From positions 94,893,044 through 94,957,043 of the forward strand of contig JASCQW010000072.1 of the NCBI GenBank assembly GCA_030264375.1: a stretch of DNA of 64,000 bases, written 5' to 3'. This stretch comes from Carcharhinus longimanus (taxonomy: Eukaryota). Numbering within the stretch: the stretch's first letter is position 1; each line of letters opens with the position of its first letter. This document shows positions 36,747 to 47,980 of the stretch, one piece after another. Under the pieces are notes generated by a model. It was not told where the DNA came from and did not search any database. It saw only the letters and a program-made list of their open reading frames with translations. Position numbers and translations under genes: made by a program.

Positions 36747-37235
36747 CGGCACGGTAGCACAGTGGTTAGCATTGCTGCTTCACAGCTCCGGGGTCCTGGG
36801 TTCGATTCCCAGCTCGGGTCACTGTGTGTGGAGTTTGCACATTCTCCTCATGTCTGCGTGGGTTTCCTCCGGGTACTCCGGTTTCCTCCCACAGTCCAAA
36901 GNNNNNNNNNNNNNNNNNNNNNNNNNNNNNNNNNNNNNNNNNNNNNNNNNNNNNNNNNNNNNNNNNNNNNNNNNNNNNNNNNNNNNNNNNNNNNNNNNNN
37001 NCTCGTGTCTGTGTGGGTTTCCTCCGGGTACTCCGGTTTCCTCCCACAGTCCAAAGATGTGCGGGTTAGGTTGATTGGTCATGCTAAGAAATTTCCCCTT
37101 AGTATCCTGGGATGTGTAGGTTAGAGGAATTAGTGGATGTAATATGTAGGGATATGGGGGTAGGATTGTGTTCGGTGCAGACTTGATAGGCTGAAGGGCC
37201 TCTTTCTGCACTGTAGGGTTCTATGCTCTATGATC
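36747..37235 (+). mobile_element. HE1-like V-SINE spanning an assembly gap
   Basis: Young-looking, CpG-retaining copy; about 55 bp is repeated on both sides of the N gap. Confidence 0.9.
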
Positions 37236-37789
37236 TAATCAGTCTTGGATAGCACAGCCTGGAGGGGAATTGGATGCCAGACAAGATCCAAAGTCTTTTC
37301 AAAAAAAGGACAATTGACTTCTTCATATTTGTCTTTCCAGAGAAGGAAAAGTTGCTTTACCAGCTGCTACTTTACAAAGTCAGTTTCAATTCATGTATTC
37401 AAGATAAAGGTGCTGCTGTATTGATCAATGCATATGCAAAACTAAAACTAAAGATAAACTCACATCATCCACATTACAGAAACAAGTTTTAACAACTTTA
37501 TTACAAGAAAAAACTTTCACAAAAGAAAAATTAATGCCAATTGTGCTTATCCCTTTAAATCCTCCACAGGTACCAGCCTGTCTCTTTAAGCTGAATATAC
37601 TTGGAACAGACTGTAGGAGTCTTACAACACCTATCATTAGTGCTTCTCCCACTCCCGACTCAGGCCATCCTTAACAGGATAGATTTAGCTCAACGAGCTT
37701 TCCATTCTCTCTCTTTATCCAAGCAAGGTCTCAGGTGGTTGACCAAGAATTGAAGTTAGTGACCCAACTGAGATCTTTCAGAACAACAC

Positions 37790-37895
37790 TAAAGCAAATA
37801 TACAGATGTTGGAAATCTGAGATAAAAAACAGAAAATGCTGGAAATACACAGCAGGTTAGGCAGCATTTATCAAAAGAAACTGAGTTACCTTTTC
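37790..37895 (-). mobile_element. Penelope-like terminal repeat fragment
   Basis: AAAGCAAATATACAGATGTTGGAAATCTGAGATAAAAAACAGAAAATGCTGGAAATACACAGCAGG. Confidence 0.7.
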
Positions 37896-37907
37896 CAGTA
37901 CAATGAA

Positions 37908-38210
37908 GGGGCATGGCGCCACAGTGACATTGTGGTTAGCACTGTTGCCTCACAATGCCAGAGACCTGGGTTCGATTCACAGCTTGGGTCACTGTCTGTG
38001 TGGAGTCTGCACATTCGTTGTGTCTGCATGGGTTTCCTCCAGGTGCTCCAGTTTCCTCCCATCGTCCAAAGACGTGCAGGTTAGGTGCACTGGCTATGGT
38101 AAATTCTCCCAGTTTCCCAAACAGGCACCGGAGTGTGGTGACTAGAGGATTTTCACAGTGACTTAATTGCAGCGTAAGCCGACTTGTTACTAATAAATAA
38201 ATTTTACTTT
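37908..38210 (+). mobile_element. V-SINE, alternative-tail variant
   Basis: tRNA head, V-domain, GGATTTTCACAG..CTTGTTACTAATAAATAAA. Confidence 0.85.
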
Positions 38211-38879
38211 AACGGTTAACCCTGAGAACTTTCAAAGTTTATCAAAAGCGGACAAATTGGAGTGATTCTTAATACTTGCTTTCAAGATATGGGTCACAAC
38301 ACATGAATGGGCAAGGGAAAAAGTTTATATTCTCATCAAATTCAAAAAAGTTATTCAAGTTGATAAATAGGCCTATGACTCATCTCAAATTATTTCTACC
38401 ACAACTAGTAACTGATCGAGAGCATTCAAGTAATTAGAAAGTTCAAAATGCTGTCCTGACACAGCCCAGTTTCAAAGGACTAAATGGATAAATTCACCAA
38501 TGGTTTTATTACTGAGAGAGTGAACAGAATGTGGAAATTCAAGACACTTAATCTTCCACTTTATTGCAATCTTGATCGAAATGTAAATACCTTGCATGGA
38601 GTTTGGGCAGAAATTCCATGCACTGCAATTGTTTCTTTTAAACTATTCTTTCTTGGGATGTGGGCATCACCAACAAGGAGCCATCCCCAAATTGCTCAAG
38701 GTGATGGTTGTGAACTCCTTTGTGAAATAGCTCGGTGTTTCATTCCAATAACCCTGCAATTATTTTTATTCACATCATTTAAACATTTTCTGCTGTTGAA
38801 GTTTATATCATGCTACTTGATACAAATTTCTGCAAGGATAAAATAACTGGATCGGATATATTTAAAATCAATAATTGGA

Positions 38880-39225
38880 AAATAAGATATGAGAGCTGTC
38901 ATAGGCCATTCAGCCCATCGAGTCTGCTGACACTCAATCTTGGCTGTTAAGTTACTCAAACCCATTTGCCCTCTTTCTCCGTAACACATGATCCCTTTAC
39001 CAATCAAGAACCCATCTCTGTTTTTAATGCACTCAGTGACCTGGCGTCTACAGCCTTATGTGGCAATGAATTCCACAGATTCACCACCCTTTGACTGATG
39101 AAATTCCTCCTCATCTCAGTTCTAAAGAGCCATCCCTTTACCCTGCGACTGTGCTCTCAGGACCTAGACTCTCCTACTAAATATCTTCCCCACATCCACT
39201 CTATTGAGACCTTTCATTATTCTAA
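38880..39225 (-). mobile_element. CR1 3' end
   Basis: GAATTCCACAGATTCACCACCC..AAATTCCTCCTCATCTCAG (RNFISQRVVNLWNS), as at 8841-9049. Confidence 0.85.
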
Positions 39226-39384
39226 CTTGGTGTCCCAGGGCTAAGGAGAATGAGAAATCCAACAAGGTTCTCAATTCTGATTCACTACCCTGAGAATTTA
39301 CTAGAAAAATGCATGGCCAAATCTAGCTCAAATGCAATGCAACCCCCTGCTGGAATTTGTAAGTTTTACTCACACACAAGGAAC

Positions 39385-40420
39385 TAGAGTCAAAGGTTTA
39401 CAGCATGGAAACAGGCCCTTCAGCCTAACTTATCCATGCCGCCATTTTTTTAAACCCCTAAAATAATCCCAATTGCCCGCATTTGGCTCATATCCCTCTA
39501 TACCCATCTTATCCATGTAACTATCCAAATGCTTTTTAAAAGACAAAATTGTACCNNNNNNNNNNNNNNNNNNNNNNNNNNNNNNNNNNNNNNNNNNNNN
39601 NNNNNNNNNNNNNNNNNNNNNNNNNNNNNNNNNNNNNNNNNNNNNNNNNNNNNNNNNNNNNNNNNNNNNNNNNNNNNNNNNNNNNNNNNNNNNNNNNNNN
39701 NNNNNNNNNNNNNNNNNNNNNNNNNNNNNNNNNNNNNNNNNNNNNNNNNNNNNNNNNNNNNNNNNNNNNNNNNNNNNNNNNNNNNNNNNNNNNNNNNNNN
39801 NNNNNNNNNNNNNNNNNNNNNNNNNNNNNNNNNNNNNNNNNNNNNNNNNNNNNNNNNNNNNNNNNNNNNNNNNNNNNNNNNNNNNNNNNNNNNNNNNNNN
39901 NNNNNNNNNNNNNNNNNNNNNNNNNNNNNNNNNNNNNNNNNNNNNNNNNNNNNNNNNNNNNTGTTCTGACCAATGAAACCAAGCATGCCAAATGCCTTCT
40001 TCACCACTCTGTCCACCTGTGACTCCACTTTCAAGGAGGTATGAACATGTACCCTTAGATCTCTCTGTTCTGTAACTCTCCCCAAGGCCCTACCATTAAC
40101 TGAGCAACTCCTGGCCTGGTTCAGTCTACCAAAATGCATCACCTCACTTTTGTCTAAAGTAAACACCATCTGCCATGTGTCAGCCCACTGGCCCAACTGA
40201 TCAAGATCCCATTGCAATCAGAGATAACTTTCTTCACTGTCCACTATGCCACCAATCTCAGTATCATCTGCAAACTTACTAACCATAGCTCCTATATTAT
40301 CATCCAAATCATTAATATAAATGATAAGTAACAGTGGACTCAGCACGATCCTTGAGGCACACCGCTGGTCACAGGTCTCCAGTTTGAAAAACAACTCTCT
40401 ACAACCACCCTCTGGCTTCT
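39385..40420 (-). mobile_element. CR1 RT and 3' end (spans a gap)
   Basis: WRPVTSGVPQGS, SKFADDT, DLDQLGQWADTWQM..VVKKAFGMLGFI. Confidence 0.9.
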
Positions 40421-40939
40421 ACATGAACAGAGAGAGACACAGAGAATTTGTCCATATGTGCCACGATCCCTTCGATCATTCAGGTCTTCATCAGATTCAT
40501 TGTATATGCCTATTCTCTCAGAACTAATGAAAACCACTTTACGAACAGACCTCACATTTAATGCTCAAAATCTTTTTAATTAAGAAAATTAAAATGGACG
40601 TAAAGAGTGATTGAGCAAATACACACAGCAAGCATGACTTTCCAACAGCTGCTACAAAACAAGTTTGAAAATATTTCCTGCACTAACTTCAAAACACGAA
40701 TCCATGATTAAGTTTTGTATATAAAATGAGGCAAATTAAGTTCCTGTCAACCCATCCGGAAAGTGCACAGAATAAGAAGAAAAAAATAATTAATTGCATC
40801 TCTGATTCTGCTTTCACGATCACCCACAAAGAGAGAAATGTTTTCGAAAAAGGCATTCTTCACAATTAATCAGAAATGGATGATTTCCAACTAGTTTGTT
40901 CCAGGAGAACAAAGACAGAAAAGTGTATTATTAGTATGA

Positions 40940-41842
40940 AAAGGGGATTGGGTAACAGGCAGAAAGCAACGAGTACGAATAAAGGTGGCATTTTTGAGTT
41001 GGTAGACTGTGAGGAGTGGACTGCCGCAAGCATCAGCGCTGGAGCCTCAAGTTATTTACAATGAATTACTCTCCGTTTCTTCAAAGCAAAATGTCTGAGT
41101 TTGCTGACAACAAAGCTAGATAGAAACGTAGACTGAGGCTGCAAAGAAATATAGGCAGGTTAAATGAGTGGACAAGGTGATATATGGGAGTATAACATAG
41201 GGAAGTATGAAGTTATTTGCTTTGGTAATAGGAATGGAAAAGCAGAATTTTTCGAAAATATGTGAAACTTTTAGACATTAATGTCAAGGGACTTGGGTGT
41301 ACTTGTACAAGGAACACAAGGAGTTATCATGCTGATAGAACAAACAATTAGGGAGAAAAGTGGCATGTTGGCCTTTATTGCAGGGGGATTAGAGTGCAGG
41401 AATAATGAAGTCATACTGTGGTAGAGATTTGACGAGAGCACCCCCGCAGCACTATCAGTTTTGGTTACCATATGCAAGGAAGGATATAGAGTCTTAGAGT
41501 NNNNNNNNNNNNNNNNNNNNNNNNNNNNNNNNNNNNNNNNNNNNNNNNNNNNNNNNNNNNNNNNNNNNNNNNNNNNNNNNNNNNNNNNNNNNNNNNNNNN
41601 CAGGTGAAGTTTTTTTTTATACAGAGGACGGTGGAGGCCTGGAATGCACTGCCAAGTGAGGTGGTTGAACATAAGAACATAAGAAATAGGAGCAGGAGAC
41701 GATATTTAAGACTTACCTGGATAGGCACATGAACAAGCAGGATAGAGGGATATAATTGGTTGGTCTGGATAGGGTAATGTGATCGGCACATGCTTGGTGG
41801 GCCGAAGGGCCTGTTCCTTTGCTGCACTGTTCTTTGTTCTTT
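40940..41842 (+). mobile_element. CR1 fragments (old RT part, gap, 3' end)
   Basis: Degenerate FAD.TKL and GMLAFIAGGLE; GTGGAGGCCTGGAATGCACTGCC; GGGCCGAAGGGCCTGTT tail. Confidence 0.75.
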
Positions 41843-42385
41843 GGAGGAGTTACTGAGATAGGGAAAAATGAGACCAGGGAGGAACTTCAAATAACGGTGT
41901 GGATTTTTAAACGGAGACATTGTCAGACTGACAGCCAATGTAGGTCAGTGAGCACAGATATGACTGAATAGAATCATAGAATCCCTACAGTGCAGAAGGA
42001 GGCCATTTGGCCCATCGAGTCTGCACTGACTCTCTGACAGACCATTCCCATAACCTCATGCATTTATCCTGCAAATTCCCGTAACACACACACGATGGGT
42101 GAATGGGAGTTGATGCAAGACAAGAAAATGGGCAGCAGAGTGTCAGCTGAGCTGAAATACACAGTGGGTGCAAGCTGGGAAGCCAGGCAGAAGAGCCTTG
42201 GATTCATCACAACTGAAGTTAAGAAATGCGATGCATAAGGATTTCAGTAACAAATGATCAGAGATTGGGTCAGAGAAGGGCAATATTCTGGAGGTGGAGG
42301 AAGTGGTCTAGGAGACACGGATGATATGTGGCCAGAAACTCATCTCATTCCAACTCAAATTGGAAAGACTGGAACAGGTGCTACC
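41843..42385 (-). mobile_element. L2 fragment with inserted SINE tail (41968-42090)
   Basis: AGCCAATGTAGGTCAGTGAGCAC (reverse of LTDLHWL); CATAGAATCCCTACAGTGCAGAAGGAGGCC SINE tail. Confidence 0.65.
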
Positions 42386-42504
42386 CTTTAAGACCATAAG
42401 ATATAGAAGCAGAATCAGGCTATTCAGCCCATTGAAACTGCTGCACCATTCAATCATAGCTGGTAAATTTCTCAACCCTATTTTCCTGCCTTTAACCATA
42501 ACCG

Positions 42505-42675
42505 CTCCAAAGATGTGCGGGTTAGGTGCATTGGCCAGATAACTTGTTCCTTAGTGTTAGGGATATTAGTAGGTAAATACATGGGGTTACAGGGATAGGG
42601 CCTGGGTGGGATTGTTGTCAGTGCAGGTTTGATGGACCGAATGGCCTCCTTCTGCACAGTAGGGATGTGAATCAT
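42505..42675 (+). mobile_element. V-SINE 3' half
   Basis: CCAAAGATGTGCGGGTTAGG..GAATGGCCTCCTTCTGCAC. Confidence 0.85.
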
Positions 42676-42955
42676 AGAATTCAGCCCATCAAGTCTGCAC
42701 TGACTGCAATCACATCCAGACCCTATTCCCGCAACCCCGAATAGTTACCCTGCTAATCCCATGTCATTTGGGTCAATTTAGCATAGCCAATCAATCTAAC
42801 CCACACATCTTTGGACTGTGGGAGGAAACCGGAGCACCCGGAGGAAACCCACGCAGACACGGGGAGAACGTGCACACAGACGGTGACCCAAGCCAGGAAT
42901 CGAACCTATGTCCCCGGCGCTGTGAGGCAGCAGTGCTAACCACTGTGCCATCGTG
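42676..42955 (-). mobile_element. HE1-like V-SINE
   Basis: V-domain and tRNA head on the minus strand, tail-to-tail with 42505-42675. Confidence 0.9.
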
Positions 42956-43024
42956 CACAGCAAGATTCCACAAACAGCAATGTGATGGTGGCCAGATAAT
43001 CTGTTCTTGGTGTTGATTGACAAA

Positions 43025-44445
43025 TAGAAACATGGAAAATAGGACCATGAGGAGGCCATTCAGCCCTTTGAGCCTGCTCTGCTATTCATTGTGACCATGG
43101 TGGTTATCCAACATAATAGGCGGATCTCACCTTCTCACCCCACCCCCCATATCCTTTGAATCCTTTAGCCCAAACAGTTGTATCTAATTGCTTCTTGAAA
43201 ACAAACCATTTTTGGCCTCAACTACTTTCTGTGGTATCGAATTCCACAGGCTCACCACTCTCTGAGTTAAGAAATTCCTCCTCCCTGCTAAATGGTCTAC
43301 CCTGAATCCTCAGACTGTGACCCCTGGTTCCCCCACCATCGGGAACATCCTCTCTGTATCTACCCTGTCCAGTCCTGTTAGAATTTTAAAAGTTTCTGTG
43401 CAATTCCCCCCTCCATTCTTAAGCCCAGCGAATACAATCCTAACCGACTCAATCTTTCCTCATACGTCAGTCCTGCCATCCCAGGAATCAGTCTGACAAA
43501 CCTTCGCTGCACTCCCTCTGTAGCAAGAACATTCTTCCTCAGATAAAGAGACCAAAACTGCACACAATACTCCAGGTGCGGCCTCACCAAGGCCCATTTG
43601 CAGCAACACGTCGCTGATCGAATCCTCTCACTATGAAGATTAACATTCCATTTGCCTTTTTACTGCCTGCTGCACCTACATGCTGACCTTCAGTGACTGA
43701 TCTACGAGGACACCCAGGTCTCGCTGCACATTCCCCTCTCTCAATCTGTAGCCATTCAGGTAATAATCTGGCTTCATGTTTTTGCTACCAAAACCTCACA
43801 TTTATCTACCTACCATGCATCAGCCTGTCCGAGTCACACTGAAAGATCTCTGCGTCCTCCTCACAGCTCACCCTCCCAGCTTTGTGTCATCGGCAAATTT
43901 GGAGATAGTATCAGATACTACTAGATCCTGCCCGCTATTCAGAAAATGACCCATTTATTCCTACTCTTTGTTTCCTGTCTGTTAGCCAGTTTTCTACCCA
44001 TCTCTGTACACTACCCCCAATCTCATTCGCTTTAATTTGGCATGCTAATCTTTTATATGGGACTGTGTCGAAACCCTTCTGAATGTCGAAATAAACCATC
44101 CATTACTCCCCCTCATCAAGCCTACAGTCATGTTCTCAAAGAATTCCAGTAGATTTGTCAAGTATAATTTCCCTTTTATAAATCTGTGCTGACTCTGTCC
44201 AATCCTGCCGCTCTTTTTCAAGTGTTTTGCTACAAAATCTTTGATAATGGATTCTAGAATTTTTCCCACGGCCGACATCAGGCTGACTGGTCTATAATTC
44301 CCTGTTTTCTCTCTATCTCCCTTTTTAAATAGTGGGGTTACGTTAGCTGCCCTCCCTCTGTAGGAACTGTTCCAGAGTCCATCAAATCTTAGAAGATGAT
44401 CACCAATACGTCTACTATTTCTAGGGCCACTTCCTTAAGTGCTCT
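43025..44445 (-). mobile_element. CR1 LINE ORF2 with internal deletions
   Basis: NYRPVSLMSAVGKILESIIKD..LTNLLEFF, SKFADDTK, VRPHLEYCVQFWSLYLRK..LTYEERLSRLGLYSL. Confidence 0.92.
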
Positions 44446-44518
44446 GATAAATATTGGCCAGCATGCCAGAGAGAATCTTTTACCTCCATCTGAGAGGACA
44501 ACAGTGGCTTTGGTTTAA

Positions 44519-44890
44519 TAGAGTCATAGAGGTTTACAGCATGGAAACAGGCCCTCCAGCCCCACTTGTCCATGCCACCCTTTTTTTAAAACCCCTAAGC
44601 TAATCCCAGTTGCCCGCATTTGTCCCATATCCCTCTATATCCATCTTACCCATGTAACTGTCTAAATGCTTTTTAAAAGACAAAATTGTACCCGCCTCTA
44701 ATACTACCTCTGGCAGCTTGTTCCAGACTCTCACCACCCTCTGCGTGAAAAAATTGCCCCTCTGGACATTTTTAATATCTCTCCCCTCTCACCTTAAACC
44801 TATGCCCTCTAGTTCTAGACTCCCCTATCTTTGAGAAAAGATGTTGACTATCTAGTTTATCTATGCCCCTCATTATTTTATAGACCTCTT
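44519..44890 (-). mobile_element. CR1 3' end (same subfamily as 30718 and 39385)
   Basis: GAGTCATAGAGGTTTACAGCATGGAAACAGGCCC..TTTTAAAAGACAAAATTGTACC. Confidence 0.9.
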
Positions 44891-44899
44891 ATATACTTG

Positions 44900-45875
44900 C
44901 ATCAAAAGCAATGAAGCCAAGGGTGACTAGATTGGTTCCTGGAATGATGATGTCCTATAATGAGGGGTTGAATAAATTGGGTCTATATTCTCTGGACCTA
45001 AATTATAAGGTTTATTCATTAATCACAAGTATGCTTACATTCACACTGCAATGAAGTTATTGTGAAAATCCCCTGAGAATATGAGAGGTTATCTCTGAAA
45101 TGCACAAGATTCAAAAGGGGCTTGAAAAGGGCAGGCTCAGAGGTGGTTTCCCCTAGTTGGCAAATGCAGAACATGAGGGGACAGTCTCAGGATAATGGTT
45201 GGACCGTTTCGCACTAAGAAATTTCTTCACTCAGATGAATCTTTGAAATGGTCTACACCATAAGGTGGAGACTTCTGCTCTGCCCAAGACTGCAAAAAAA
45301 CTACAAAGGTTGTGAATGTGACCTAATCCATCACGCAAACCAGCCTCCCATCCATTGACTCTGTCTACACTTCCCGCTGCCTCAGTGAAGCGGCCAAAAT
45401 AATTAAAGATCCCACGCTGCCAGAACATTGTCTCTTCCACCTTCTTCTGTTGGGAAAAGAAATACAAAAGTCTGAGGTCATGCGCCAACCGACTCAAGAA
45501 CAGCTTCTTCCCTGCTGCTGTCACACTTTTGAATGGACCTATCTCACACTAAGTTGATTTTTCTCTACACCCTAACTATGACTAACGCTGCATTCTGCTC
45601 TTTCTCCTTTCCTTCTCTATGAACAGTATGCTTTGTCTATATAGTGTGCAAGAAACAATACCTTTCACTGTATACTAATACATGTGACAATAATAAGTCA
45701 AATCAAAAATCCATCATTGAGTATATTTAAAGCATATTTCCGGCCTATCAGCGAATCAAAGCTTATGGGGAGTGGCAAACAAGTTAATTTGAGATAGTAT
45801 CGTTAGGATCGTACCAATTAGTGAAGCAGAGGAGCTATATGGCCTACTTCCAATCCCATTTGTTACATTTTTACA
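44900..45875 (+). mobile_element. Old CR1 3' end interrupted by a SINE tail (45008-45074, minus) and Rex1/Babar
   Basis: MSYNEGLNKLGLYSL..GDSLRI..RNFFTQ; resumes after 45706. Confidence 0.7.
45272..45706 (+). mobile_element. Rex1/Babar 3' end
   Basis: SALPKT..ITQTSLPSIDSVYTSRCL; tail CATGTGACAATAATAAGTCAAATCAAA. Confidence 0.88.
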
Positions 45876-47149
45876 AATGTGTGAAAAACCTTAACTAAAG
45901 ATATTAGAAAGATTTAAGACAATTAGGTTCAAGTCCAAGACGGCTTATATATTTACTTGTTATGGTTTGACAATCAGTATAATTTTTAAACAATGGCTGT
46001 TAAAACATGGCCAATTTAAATCCATCACTAACATATAAGGCTCCCAGAAGAAACGTTTACTGGACCTCATCTGCTAGCATCTCAAGTATATCCTTAATCA
46101 CAGCACTGTGGCTTCCATTGTATAACATTTCTTGTCAAGTTGCAAATTCATATAAAATATAGAATCCTAGGAACTGGTACTAGATGGTCCTGTGGATCCA
46201 TCATATACATACACACATGAATCTTTGATGTTAGGGACCATCAATATATTGTTGACTTAATTGATTGGGTCACATGGGACCATTTGAACATCACTTTTCA
46301 CTGACTGTAGTTATACTGAGAAATCGGTCATTGACACACAAAATTAGTTGTAAGCCTTCCCATAATTTAAGAATTAATTTTTCTCTGGCAAATTCTGAAG
46401 AAGTGACCATCCATTCCTCTCATTCAGATGGGTTGCTTGCTCCTTTAAAATGGGGGAGCAAAGATCAAGTTTTCCACCAAGGTTACCCAAGGAACATTGA
46501 CATTGGATGTAGAAACTCACAATCTATAAAGACATTCTTCTTCGTGTTTGATTTGCTACTCAACAGTAAATCCAGATCGAATCTTTGCCAAAGCATTCCT
46601 CACTCTATTTTGGACACTCAATTAATCATAGATAATGAGCGGCTAACATTCCACAAACACTTTCCATTGCAGTGAAATAGTTGTCATTTCTGGAATATAG
46701 AAAAAGGCCTTTGTAGGCTGGAAGAACAGGCAAGACAAGCGCATAACTGAAAGACAGTTACATTGCTTGAATGCAACTTGCTGCTTTTCCGAGAAGGTTG
46801 GGTTGGAACTTTAATGCTACATTCCTGAAGTGCTTATAGTACTACAAACAGTTATTTGTTTCGTATCATGCAATTCCAGTCCAACAGAAGAGTGTGTTCA
46901 AAATCACATGATTAGTTTCCTTAGTTAGCTAGCGAGAAAATTAAAACTATGGGGATTCAGGGAAATTGATATTATCCCCCTTTATTTAAAAAAATGACAT
47001 ACACTATCCTCAATCTTTTCCATATGTACTTTAAATTCAAACAAAATCTTGGCAACATATTTGGCCCCGAGCATTTGAATCACCATCTCATTCACTACCT
47101 TGTGAGAAAGAAAATGAGGCACAGGTCTCAAATCTCTGGTCCAGGTGTC

Positions 47150-47250
47150 CCTTCTGCATTGGAGTCATATTGGATTGAAATGTTAACTTTGTTTCTCTCC
47201 ATGGATGCTGCCAGACTGCTCAGTTTTTCCAGCATTTTCACTTTTTATTC
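47150..47250 (+). mobile_element. Penelope-like terminal repeat fragment
   Basis: GAAATGTTAACTTTGTTTCTCTCCATGGATGCTGCCAGACTGCTCAGTTTTTCCAGCATTTTC. Confidence 0.65.
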
Positions 47251-47677
47251 CCTACAGTAGCCCAGTGACCAAATGTAGTGGTCATCTGACAGTGAAACTA
47301 ATGCTATCAGTTGTAAACCCAAGATTGGACATTGGGCTATTCTAAAATGAATCAACTCTCTATCTTCACTGTTTAGACTCATTTACACTTCTCAAACATC
47401 CTTGTATCGAGAGTTTTGAATCAGAAAAACACTAATTTCACATGGTGGTGATCGCTTTGAATCCCCATATCACTGAATCTTTGTCAAGAATTCAGGTAGA
47501 GAAAGCACAATTGGGATAAATGGAGCTTTTTTAAAATATGTGTTCTTTCGTGGGATGTAAGGTCACTGGCAACAGCAGCATTTGTTGCCCATCCCGGATT
47601 GCCTTTGAATGGAGTATCTTGTTAGGCCATCTCAGAGAACAGTAAGTCAACCCCATCATTTAGGATACGAACACAGG

Positions 47678-47980
47678 TATAGAACATAGAACATAGAACA
47701 TTACAGCGCAGAACAGGCCCTTCGACCCACGATGTTGCGCCAACCAGTTAAAACAATGACCCACTAACCTAAACCAATCCCTTTTCGTCCATAAACCTAT
47801 CCNNNNNNNNNNNNNNNNNNNNNNNNNNNNNNNNNNNNNNNNNNNNNNNNNNNNNNNNNNNNNNNNNNNNNNNNNNNNNNNNNNNNNNNNNNNNNNNNNN
47901 NNAAGATCCCCTCTTAGCCGCCTTCTTTCCAGCGAAAACAACCCCAAATCCTTCAGTCTCTCCTCATAGGACCTCCCCTA
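47678..47980 (-). mobile_element. CR1 3' end with (TAGAACA)n tail, spans a gap
   Basis: GLFSLERRRLRGDL; ATAGAACATAGAACATAGAACA. Confidence 0.85.

Noticed and set aside
36845-37056. Apparent tandem duplication within a SINE
   Set aside because: The repeated segment sits on both sides of a 100-N gap and is most likely an unmerged contig overlap
39498-40217. Long ORFs crossing N runs (also at 15267, 29230, 50529 and 53811)
   Set aside because: Lengths are inflated by Ns; the real parts are CR1/Rex fragments or microsatellite
46265-46675. 136-aa plus-strand ORF
   Set aside because: Non-ATG start, no recognisable motif and no supporting splice context
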